Assembly (NCBI GenBank): GCA_000708835.1
Contig: DF237097.1
Span: 28,815-92,814 of the forward strand
Length of the DNA stretch: 64,000 bases
From: Klebsormidium nitens
Lineage: Eukaryota; Plantae; Klebsormidiophyceae
Direction of reading: 5' to 3'
Shown here: in pieces, positions 50,401 through 61,530 of the stretch
Layout of the letters: the number at the start of each line of letters is the position of its first letter
Numbering within the stretch: position 1 is the stretch's first letter
Notes under the pieces: model-generated
What the model was told of the DNA's origin: nothing
What the model saw: the letters and a program-made list of their open reading frames with translations, nothing else
The model's database searches: none
Position numbers and translations under genes: made by a program

Positions 50401-53400
50401 ACTGGCTGCTATGTGACAACTGGCGAGCTGGAATCCATACGGAAAAAGACATTGAAGAGTGGCTGTGAAAGGGCGGGTGGGGAAAGGGAGACCGAATGCC
50501 GTGAAGAGGCAAACGGGATGCAGCAGCGTGTTTGCCAGGAAAAAATGTGAGGAAGGAGAACTGTGTTGCAAACTTGAGTCAGCTTTACAAATGTGGTCAG
50601 GGTCGTGCTGGATTAAGAAGTGGTTGTTCGGGTCCTATAACTTGCCCCGGCAGAACTTGCTAACAGCGGCCCCTTACTTCTAGTCAGTCCTACGAACTGG
50701 CTCCCTAAACCTCGCTTCTTGCGCGCTTGCTTCCCCACTTCCGAACGGCAGCTCCGCTTTCGTCAGAGGGACGGGTTGGCGGGATCGTAGGGCGGGTGGT
50801 GCTGCCACGTGGCACCATAACCGCCCTGGGAATAGTAGCTCTCGTAGCCGCTCGAGTGGTACCCGTACTGCGCGTCGCTCTGCACCGCTTGCAGTTGCAT
50901 CTGTTCATAACCGGGGGGGCCATCCTGGTTCAGGTAGTACGACGTTCCGGGGGGGTACGTGGACGCAGCTTCGTACCCCCCCGTCGAGGACGGCTCCGGG
51001 TGCACGATGATATAAGCAGGCGGGGCCTCGGCATAGGCTGCCGGCGCGTGCTCGTGGGCCGCAGGGGGGGTATCATAAGCGGAGGGGGTGCTTCCGTAGG
51101 TGGAATGGGGATACGTCTCGGTTCCGGGGGGTACTTCTTGCTGCTGGTGATAGGGGGTGGAGGGGGGGTGGTGTGAAGCTGCTTCTGGCTGGGTCACGGA
51201 GTAGAGGTGAAGGAGGCGGGAGACCTAGCAGGGGGGGAAGGGAGGGAGGTGTGAGAAGATAGGCTATGATGAGAGGGAAGATACGCTATTTCTCAACTCG
51301 AGAATGTAAGTAAGCGGCGCTGGGGATAGCTATGCTAGGTAGCTACGAGGCTATCTCTGATGCAAAGAGGGAGGAGGGACCGCTTGAGTGGCTGGATGAG
51401 CGCCGCCAGCAATTCTGCTAGACACTTGTTCTGCAAGCCCTTAAGCTCCTGAGTAAGGACTACATAGTCGAGTTAACACCGGAGGGAGCATGTCTGCGAG
51501 GATTCCCAACCAGGGCTTTCGTAGCGCTTGGATCTGAAAGCCAGTAGGTGCATTGCTGGCTTGCTCTTGGTGTTCGAGGGACGGCCGTTCTGCGTGTTTT
51601 TCTGTGATCACGAATGTGGGTAATGTGTACGTGACTGAGGATGAGAGGCGAGTGCGGTGCTGTGGTGCTCTGACCTGGTGTCAAGTGCGGGTCAAAATAC
51701 AGTACTGCCATTCGGTGCCATATTGTACTGCCATTCGGAATGTTTGTTTTTTAGTCTCTTTGCATTTTCGCAGCGGCCAAACGAATTCACTTTTGTTGTC
51801 AATTTCTCTCCATTTTACCAGTCGAAATAGGCTGTTTTTGGCCTGAAAATCGTTGTTTAACTTTTCGACCAGGGAGCAAATCATTACCAGAAAGTTTCGA
51901 CTGGGGGTGAAATAATTAATTTTCTATGCGTATTCGCAATGGAAATACGGTAAGTGAACCCTCATCTTTACAGGCACAGAAAATTTTGCATATCGAAACG
52001 ATTCGGACGCGAGCCCCAAAATAGGGACCGATCAAGAGCAGAGATTGAAGATTACCGTGGGTTGCAGCTCCCAAGCACGAACAGCTTCTAGAAGAGAGAT
52101 CTTGCGGAGTGTAAAACAGACATTTATGCTGAGGTCAGTGAACGAAGTACCATGCAACTGTGGTTTCGGAAACCTTTTGACTGATAGCTGCTGCCAACTA
52201 GCTTAACCACCCACTGTTCAGGAGGTGTTTTAGCTTTGCTTCACTCCTTCCGGGGTAGTGGTGTCAATTAGAGAGAAGCAGAACATGATCAAGTACGAGC
52301 GACGCCTCACCTGATCCACGCTGAGCTCGAAGCTGAATTTAGTTGGGGAGAAGTAGTTCGCGCGGATCGCGTCTTTGAAGACGCTTTCGTGGAGGGGCGT
52401 GCAGTCATGCCGCAATCGCACCCAGACCTGAGAAGATATTTCATGATAAGTTCCCATTTACTTAGTCAAGATTTTGGAAAACATATCTGGAGGTGTATCC
52501 AACACTGAGTAAGACTGCCTGATATTGAATCTTCCAGTTGCATGGGCCACCATTTGACTGCAGAAGGTAATGTTTCAATCTGCCTTATTTGCAGAATGAC
52601 ACGTTATCTACAGAATTGACTGGCGAAGCAAAAAGTCCTCCGGCAGCACTCCTTTCTCTCTCAATTGCTTTTTTTTCCCACTCAACTCAACAAATTTGAA
52701 GTGCGGTTCCTGCTTCAAGCACAGACACACCGGGATGCACACACACTCCTCAATGAAGCAACAGCCTGGAATGAGACACCAACCAATGTACCAGCCATGA
52801 ACCAGCGCACTTTTTAATGATCTCTTGATCTTTCAAACCTGACCTGCGCAGGGAAGCCTGCTGACGAGCGTGCCTTGAACGCGCTGGGGTCCAGGTCGAG
52901 ACCGCCCGGGCTGGTTGCCTCAAAGATGCCATGCAGGTTCTGTAGAGAAAGCGGCACTGACGTGAATGACTCGCAACAAGAGCCAGTAGTTACAAGACAT
53001 CAAGTGAGTGGACGGCGAAACTTTCTCGAAACTCCCTGGAAAAAGGCAATTGTGAATCCCGTCAGAGACTGAATCAAGATGACTGGCCAATGAAGACCTT
53101 CTCCCAAAGCAAAGAGCACGAAGAGTACGGGCCTGTAAACATCATCAGAAATCTGGAAAACTCATCATTCTGTTGAAAAAGTGTATGAATCTATCGACAA
53201 CTGTAATCCTAGCGGAATCGCCGCATGGCATGAATTGGAATTTCCGCTTGATGCGAGCGTAAAACTTGCATTCATGAAAACGCCATGCACTTGTTCACTT
53301 CCTGCAACTTCTGTATTTAGGGGCACTTGGTAGTTATTTTGAGCATGTCACACATTCCAACCCAATACTTCTTTCAAACATAAGCGGCACGAGCAACATT

Positions 53401-53652
53401 CCAGGGACAGAACCTCACCTTTGTTTCAAAGTTGAAAAGAAAGAGCGTCGTCCCCGGGGCGATCCTGAGCACAAGGCCTGACTGGCTCATTGGCAGTCCA
53501 AAGAGACTCCGCTGCATACACTCCATCATCGTTTGGTTGTTGCAGCCAAAGATGACGCCTGCCGGCACGGTGTCCCTACGGGACTCTCGGTGTCGACCAC
53601 CTGGAGGGTGGCGTGGGCCTCTGCCATCCCTCCGGTCGTATCTGTGGCTCAT
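47461..53652 (-). CDS. DCD (development and cell death) domain protein with a long charged low-complexity tail and two candidate last exons
   Basis: Exons 53652-53419 (PAGVIFGCNNQTMMECMQRSLFGLP..LFLFNFETK), 52939-52844 (NLHGIFEATSPGGLDLDPSAF..FPAQ) and 52427-52311 (VWVR..PLHESVFKDAIRANY..KFSFELSVDQ). These are followed by 51224-50763 (~302 aa product) or 50373-47461 (~1119 aa product). The 3' end of the long exon is uncertain. Confidence 0.85.
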
Positions 53653-54429
53653 TCTTAGGTAGATTCGAGCATATGCAGCGCGAATGCAGGTCAAGGAAAC
53701 CTCCAATTGACCCAGGTTTGGCAGAACTGAAAGGGCTCTCAAATGAGTCAATAATATTTGAGCACAGCGGTGGTGCACGGACGAAGCCTCATGAAAAGCA
53801 AGAGTCCGGTGCTAGCAAAGCTGACCACCCTGGAATCTGACTCATTACACTGTCGGCGGTTCAGGAACATCTCTCCTCTCTCTGCACCTCCTGCTTCTTG
53901 CACCTTTGACAACCACCAATTGCTCAAAGAGCTTGGGATCTGTCCGCTTCAGCACCCTTGGTGCACTCGTGCAACGAAGAATTCTACTTAAAGTTAAGGT
54001 TTTCTTGAGGAGGAGCTCAGCAAGCAGCCCTGCCCAGCTGTGCAATGGGAACGATCTAGGACTGCGATCAAGACAAGTCTTCCAAGAATGCTCCTTGGCT
54101 TCTTTTTCAGGAGCCCTCGAATGAAATTCGTTACCGCTCTCGAAATCTGTCTCCATCAGAGAAACCGGAATGTAATTTTACACGCCATCTCTAGTTCACA
54201 ACGGAAAAGGAGCCATATGCATGCTGCATGAAGGGTAGGATAGGAGGCCGGAGTCCGGACTCGCACTTTAAGTTTCTGCAGGGAGAGCCGAGATTGTGCC
54301 AAGCTACCGAACGCTGGGCACTGAAAGTCGCTAGCTGCAACCTCCCCGAGTGGAGCGCTTTGCCAGATTGTCAGCATTTCAAGCAGGCGTTCCCTTTTGG
54401 AACTCATCTGGCTATCAAAACCCGTCCCA
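53653..54429. promoter_or_regulatory. Putative bidirectional promoter (DCD / GET3)
   Basis: Head-to-head start codons lie 777 bp apart; function is inferred from position only. Confidence 0.4.
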
Positions 54430-57400
54430 ATGGACGACACAGTGCTTGAGCCCACGCTGCAGAACGTTCTGGATCAAACCAGTTTGAAATGGATCTTCTG
54501 CGGCGGGAAGGGGGGTGTGGGGAAGACAACAACCAGCTGCTCTTTGGCGACTCTTTTAGCAGCTGTCAGGGAAAGAGTGCTCATCATCTCAACTGACCCG
54601 GCTCATAATCTGAGCGACGCATTCCGGCAAAAGTTCACAAAGAGCCCGACGCTTGTCGAGGGGTTCAAGAACCTGTATGCAATGGTGAGGTGTGAACTAT
54701 CTTCGTTCTGGTGGAACTTTTGAAAACTTCACAACATTCAGAATGAGGATTGAGTAAGTTATTTTCAGTAAATTGCTTGAGGTACCTTTGAAAAGGTATT
54801 TGGACCTAAAACTATCACCCTTCTCAAAATGATTTTTGTTAGAAACAGATTATGTGGCACAGGCTTGAGCAAGCCAGAAACTGTACAGTCTCCTTGCAAG
54901 GCAGTCTCAATCAATAAGAGCATTGAGCATTCTAAACAAACAGAAAATGCCACTACCACCTTCTGCTGTCCCCCAATGTCGGAAGTTGACAGCACTGTTT
55001 GCCCTTCTTGCCACCAATCAGCTATCTTTCTAGTGGCAGTAGATCCAATCGATGAATCGCAAGTCCACTGGAAAGCGCTCTTAGGCAACACCACTTCCAT
55101 TAGAGGAGGGGCCTTGAGCGTGAAGCTGGGGCAAAAGATGGGGAGTTTGAGCTCCTTCTCTTTGTGGTCAAGTCCTGGACTGATTGCTGAATTGAATGTT
55201 CCACATACCTTCTGGATAGCTCTTATATAATCCTGTGTTTTGCATCTGATAATCCCTTTATCACACAAGAAAGCGAAGGCATTCGTTCAGTTTGAAAACC
55301 CAATCACTTCCTCTACAATCGCATCCACCTTGATGCCTTTGACAGTGGATTGGAGACATCTTGTGATCCTCCTTTTGCACTGTGAATCCATCTGGTGGAT
55401 CAGATAAGGCTTGAGAACTTGACTCACATTCCTCAAGTTGTAGCGTCGCAAACCTCAAATGATCCAGATTTACGGAAACTCTACCAGGAAAATAGTATCA
55501 ATCAAAGCATGGCGCTAAACTTGTTTTTTGCCCCTCACAGGAGGTCGACCCGACAGTCGAGGTGGACGATCTGCAGATCGAGGGCCTCGGGGGCGGCATG
55601 TTCTCTGACCTTGCAAACTCAATTCCTGGAATCGACGAGGCAATGAGCTTCGCCGAGATGCTGAAGTAAGGGCGAGTACTGGTGCGGCAGGTTACTGTTT
55701 CGATCATGAATGAGCATGGGTTGATCTGCAGGCTTTCAATGTTCTTGCTGTTTCTTCAAGAGGAGCTTTGGAGAGCGTGTTACGATCCTTGTAAGCAAAG
55801 GTTGTGTTGGAGCCTAGTGAAGATTGCGATCGCCAAGGTGATTGTCTGAAGCAGCTAAATTTAAGCATTCCCCCTTTGGACTCGACTTGGGGCGGCACCA
55901 GATGGTACTGTCTTGCAGACCGGTTTTTGGAGTCTTTGCATATATCTCTCCGATTACTTCGTCTTCCAACTTCATGGCTTTTTCTGCTCGAAGAAAAGGC
56001 CACGAAACATTCAACTTGCTGCCAGGTTTGATCAGCATATCAATGCTTTCAAAAAGTCACCCTGTCCGCCCCTCCGTCCAAGATAGCCTGCTCGGATATC
56101 CTCGACCCAATTCCCCCCCCCCATTTCTCCCCCAATTGAGTTCTCTTCTCTTTTCTCGCCCGCCAGGCTGGTCCAGAACATGGACTATTCGTGCATCGTG
56201 TTTGACACCGCCCCCACCGGCCACACCCTGCGGCTGCTCCAGTTCCCGTCCACAATAGAAAAGGGTCTAGGCAAGATGGCTAGTTTCAAAAGCAAGTTTG
56301 GAGGCATCATTAACCAGGTAGGTGAAGACGTTCGTTTTAGGAAGTCCTCTTTACTTGAAGTTTTCATTTGATTTTGTCATACCTCGAGCAGGTTGAGAAA
56401 GTCTCGCTGACGTGGGTAGCTCAAGATCAGGTCCGTTGGCATTGTTAGTCAGGTAGGTCGAAAACTGGGTTCTGGTTCTTCGTCGTCATACTTGCAAATG
56501 TACGAGCTTGAAAGCGAGTTCGGAACTTCTCGCACATAATCTGAGTTCTCACGATTACGCACTCCCAAGTGAGCCGGACATTGGCAAGGCGGCACAATCG
56601 AATCTGAGAACAATTTAAAATAATGTGAGTTGCTTAGGTTAAAGAGGGCCTCGAGGGCGAACCGTTCTGTTTACGTGTTCACTTGAGAAAAAACGCAGTC
56701 CAGAGCTTTGTGACTGAGCTAGGCACGTCGACACGCAACATTCGACGGCGGCTCCCGCTGTCCTGGGACTAGGCTTCCACATTATGAAAGGGGAGATCTA
56801 TTGGAATACTACGACACCAATCTCTTTGAACGTTGAGCTTTGCACATCGCTGTGATGCGAAAGCTCAAAACAAAATGGCCGTTGCGATTGACGAGGGTGA
56901 CCAATTGCTGAGACTCTCAAGAGTGTCTAGGCCGATACCATCCGCGCTCTCCTCCTGCTTAACGAAGTGACACGTGTCGGTTACAGGCCACCCGGATGTT
57001 CGGTGCCGGGGAGGAGTTTGGGGCGGACCAGATGATGGAGAAGCTGGACACGATGAAAGCGCTCATCGAGAACGTGAACGCGCAGTTCAAAAACCCGGTG
57101 AGTGTCGGAATCGTCGTGCACTCCCTCCGAGACTGCCTTGGGAATGTTCGCTCCCTTCGAGAGCTTTTATCTAATGACGCTTTCGCTCGTAAGACATATT
57201 GCAGAGACCGCCCTTGGCTTTCCGCAAGGTAATTGACCCCTTTTCCCAGTCTTACAAACGAGTAGTTGGACTCGATGAAAGCGCTAGTCAGATTCTAAAC
57301 GCGCAGTTCGAGATTTTGGTTATTGGGCCCAACGACCGGAACGGTAGAGCAATCCGTCTTCGGCTTCTACTTTCGATCTTCCCATTCAGGATCTTTTGCA

Positions 57401-59659
57401 TGACTTGTTCAGAAGCTTTACCAGGGCTATCGGGAGGGGTTTGTATCTTTCCAATGTCGATGTACGAAAGGCGTGGATTATGGTACAAAAGGGTTGCCAA
57501 AACAGGTCGAAGAATTTACAACCGACCGGTATGATCCTTCGTGGGAGTTGGCGACGTTATGCGAGTGTGCAGTCTCAATCTTCGGATGCTTTCCAGAAGC
57601 ACAGAAGCAGATTACAGGTGAAGAATCGAGATCAAACGGAGAACAAATCTAATACGGAGGCATTCTTCCTTTACTTGCAGGTTGACGGTGTTTCGTCCGT
57701 GTCCAGTCTCGAGTACTGCTGCCCTAAGAAGCAAAGAACGCAGACTGGAAGAGAACCAGATGAATCCGAATATGAAGCCTTCCTTTCTCCGCAGGCATTG
57801 ACGACGTTTGTTTGCGTATGCATCCCCCCGTTTCTGGTGAGGCGACAAGTGCAGACTGGAAGAACAGAAGAGCAGGAAAACGATCCTGGTACGAAGCTTT
57901 CATTTCTCTGCAGGAGTTGACGACGTTTGTCTGCGTGTGCATCCCCGAGTTTCTGTCGCTCTATTATGGCAAAGAATGCAGACTGGAAGAGAAACATACC
58001 AAATTGAAAACACAAAATTGGCTGGGAAAGCAGCCTTCCTTTCTCTGCAGGAGTTGACGACGTTTGTTTGCGTGTGCATCCCCGAGTTTCTGTCGCTATA
58101 TGAGACGGAGCGGCTGGTCCAGGAGCTGGCCAAGTTCGAAATGGACACACGGAACATTGTGATCAACCAAGTGCTCTTCCAGGAAGAAGGTGCGTCTAAT
58201 TGGGAAATCGGTAATTGAAAATAGGTAAACGGAACCGGGTAATGTTTCCAGGGTTTTGAGGTTTTGGTTTGGGAGGATCGAAGCATCTAAAAATGAACAT
58301 CGTAATTGTTTAGATGCCTTTCCTGGAGGAAGGTGCGTTCGGTGTCGAACGTATTAGGAAGTGGGTTCTCGGTTTCAGGTCTGAAAGTTTGCGATTTGTT
58401 GGTTGGGGTTTGGGGTTTGGGGTCTGTGTTCTGAAGTCTGGGGTCTTGGAGACTCTGAAGATTCTGAGGCGTTGGAATACCATACGTGTATTCCTCTAAG
58501 ACAAGCTCTTTCAGAAGGAAGCTCTGAGTCGCCTTGTCTGCTTTCGTGGAAGCCAAAGGCTTGTTGCTCTCTTACCGTAGCTTGGTTCTGTCGTTGCTCG
58601 CATTTAACCTGGCCCTTCATTTCTGCCCCTCCTTTTGGCGAGTCCCTGGGGATCTGTTGACTGTGGCTCTGCAAAGAGTGATATTGAGTACAGAACCAGA
58701 TAAGAGTGCTGCATCGTCCTTTTCCAAAACTTTCAAGACAAAGGGTGTTTTCAAAGCTTCGGAGTCGTGTGATGCACAGCTGTCCGTACCTGATTCGACG
58801 TCAACATCGGCATGGCGTAGGACTGGACCCCTCTTCCCACTAGATTGAAGAAGGAGCTTCGACGTTTGCGGACATCCTGAACCTTCTTTATGCCCAATGC
58901 CTGCTTTCAACCCCGCTTATAGCCGTGACCCCCTGTTTCTTGCAGTGCGGGGATCTAAACTGCTGCAAGCGCGCCTGAGGATGCAACAGAAATACTTGGA
59001 CCAATTCTACGACTTATACGAGGACTTCCACATCAGCAAACTCCCGTTGCTTCCCGAAGAGGTGATTATCTGCTGTTTCCAACCATTGCAATTCCCAGGC
59101 TTTCAGGGTTCGAGACAGTGAAATGACAGCTCTTGGTTCTTGGGTCTTCCAGTCTTTTCGGTCCATCCAGAGTTCGAAATTTCACTTCTAGGAAGAGACT
59201 CAGATATCAGGTCACAAGTCAAAGAGAAGGGACATGAAAAGCAAGCTCGCTGTTCTCAGAAACGACTTATTGGTCTTGATTGCTGCTTTTCGGGTAGCGT
59301 GGATTGAAGCTCTGCGAATGTTGCAAAGCCTCCAATAACGTCTTCTTGCCAAGTGCATGATAATCCTCGTGGCTTAAAAGTGAGAGACTGGAAAAGATAC
59401 AAAGAAGGGAAATTAGAGGGTCAATATGCCGTCTATGCAGGTAAGGGGCGTACCGGCTCTAAAAGCCTTCTCACAAAACCTAGTCAAGCCGTATTCCCCC
59501 GCTGAGGAGTCCTCACCAGAGGACACAACAACGAGATCGGTGGATGGAAGCGTTGACTTGAAGGCGGAGGTTCAGCGCCTTGAGCGAAGAGTAGAAGAAC
59601 TAGAGGCGGAGCTTGCCGTGCTGCGAAAGGGTAAAAGCAAGGTCATGGACGTTGATTGA
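54430..59659 (+). CDS. GET3: Cytosolic GET3a/ASNA1 tail-anchored protein targeting ATPase, ~371 aa, 7 exons
   Basis: Exons 54430-54684, 55541-55665, 56167-56317, 56987-57097, 58051-58189, 58946-59061, 59441-59659. Motifs [44 protein letters not shown] and [20 protein letters not shown]. It lacks the CxxC ([15 protein letters not shown]) as in plant GET3a and ends in a coiled-coil-like segment. Confidence 0.95.
57600..58110 (+). repeat. Tandem array (114-137 nt period) of copies of the GET3 exon-5 acceptor and exon start
   Basis: AG|exon-like starts at 57681 (degenerate), 57795, 57914 and 58051 (functional). Spacers share GCAGACTGGAAGA. Confidence 0.9.
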
Positions 59660-60139
59660 CGCAAACGAAGTACGGTGGCCTAGGTATTCGGTTAGAATAA
59701 GAAGGCATCTTCCGTTGCACGCATTATTTTATAGAATCCATGATTTAGGAAATACGCTTTAGTGAACAGAATGATGTCCACGTGCAGCATGCACTTTACA
59801 TGGTTGACTGGGCGGCCGCGCCGCAAGCTACTGTACCATGTGGCCAATGCTATGAAAGTTCGACGTCCGTGATTGTTACAGGCAATGTACGCTGCCTCGA
59901 AGACGAGCTTCATGTGCGACGCCAGGTCCTGAAAAGGGGTCCGCACAATCATGCACAATCGCCGTCTGTGATGTGCCGCCAGGTATTTATGGACTGAAAG
60001 CGGTTCCATGGCATAGCAATCAAAAACTTGAAAGTAATAGCAGGAATTTACCATGCATCTCATGCAGCACTTGAAGAAGACTTTATACGTATGCCACTGC
60101 TTATATTTATAGGTGCTTAATTCATTCATAGGCTCCGAC

Positions 60140-60928
60140 ATGCAGGGCCTTCGACACAAGCTACCTATGGTGGGTACCGGCCGAGTCGATTCCGACTCCG
60201 GCCGCCACAAAATCGATTTAGCGCGTATCGAATATCGTCAGTGTTACCGGCGGTTCGCGTCACGGCTACTCAGGTTTATGTTACTCGGGCGGTACAAATA
60301 CTCAGAGAATTTTGCCGGGCCGTAAGTAAGTGTGAGGAGATTCTTAAACAGTGTCAGGTTTTACACTTTGAGAGGAGCATCAAATTGGCACGCAAAGAAG
60401 AGCCATATGCAGGCTTATAAAAACCTCTGACAAGCAGAAAAAAATGTTGGGAGAGCGTCATGAAGGCTCCTTCGAAGCTCCAACATCTTGTTATGTTGAG
60501 GACAAATCGGAAGAAGCACCATCGTGGCTGCAAATTGGCCGCCATTGCTTGCTTCTAAAAAGCGCCATTCCCTACACTCCCGTTTCCATCTTCTGCACTC
60601 TCCTTTCAAGTTAGGTACCGCGGTACTCTAGGGTGGTTCGAGTCGGAACTTCCGATCGAAACCATGATTTTCAAATTTCACGTACGGTCAGACTTGATCG
60701 GTACCGTACCGCCGGAAACTCCGGAAGTTTCTGACGATCGGAATGTCAGACAGATTCTAATTCATGAACTCGGACCGGATTCTCAAGTACCGGTCTGCAC
60801 GATCGTCAGTACCGCGTACAGTAATTGTCGCGACGCGACACACCGGTGATTCAAATTTGTGACCGGACCGTCGCGCGATCGAGACCGCCGATACCCACCA
60901 TAGGTTGCTTGTGACATGCCTTGCATGG
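60140..60928. mobile_element. Candidate foldback/MITE-like non-autonomous element
   Basis: CCTATGGTGGGTACCGG (60164-60180) matches the reverse complement of 60888-60904 at 16/17 positions, and the match extends imperfectly outward (CACAAGC, CATGCA.GG). The interior is rich in GTAC/CCGG. No target-site duplication was resolved. Confidence 0.55.
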
Positions 60929-61530
60929 AATTCGCCAGTGCCATGGTTATCGTAATTATCAAGATACATGCCCGGCCTCCAGCTTAGCCAAGTATAGCCC
61001 ACTGAAAAACGTGTTGCTAATAGGAGCAGCACTAATGTTATTCCCATCGTTTATCCGCGGCCCTGATCTTGCCAAACCCATCTTTCAGCCGGACTAGTCC
61101 ATGATCGTTCATCCCTACTAAGATTGCGATAGGGCTGACTCCTGAGCACGCGCTTAGATAGCTTGAGTATGGTACCTGGTTCGACATATGCATGACCGCT
61201 CGATCGGAACACAGCAGTACCGACATTGATGGCGCAAACGGCTTAAATGTTCACATTATGGGTTAACAACCGCTAGGCAACCTTCTTCATCAGCAGCAAG
61301 GATTGTGGTTACAAACCCTGATGAATCGGTTTCTCTGATCACGCTTCCAGCATGATCACAGCTCTTTCTTACCTAACAACTCAACTGATTGAGGATTAAA
61401 CTTAGTTTCAATCGCAACTCGACTATGGCAAACCTGCACAACACCCTCTACTCTCTTGTTTTTCAGCTTATTGCATCCCGTAGCTAGAACTTCGATTTAT
61501 CTCTGCTCAACATTCCGACTTTCGACCTCG

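Noticed and set aside
51262-51362. ATGATGA...CTGA as a C/D snoRNA
   Set aside because: It is antisense to the host intron and has no terminal stem or recognisable guide.
57600-58110. Repeat-spacer pattern resembling a CRISPR array
   Set aside because: The repeats are copies of a GET3 exon boundary, the spacers are homologous to each other, the context is a eukaryotic intron, and there are no cas genes.
59435-59446. CAG|GTAAGG recursive-splice-like site at the GET3 last exon
   Set aside because: GTAAGG encodes the conserved Val-Arg of GET3 and no downstream exon requires it as a donor.
60630-60650. GGTTCGAGTC resembling a tRNA B-box
   Set aside because: There is no A-box or cloverleaf, and it lies inside the foldback element.
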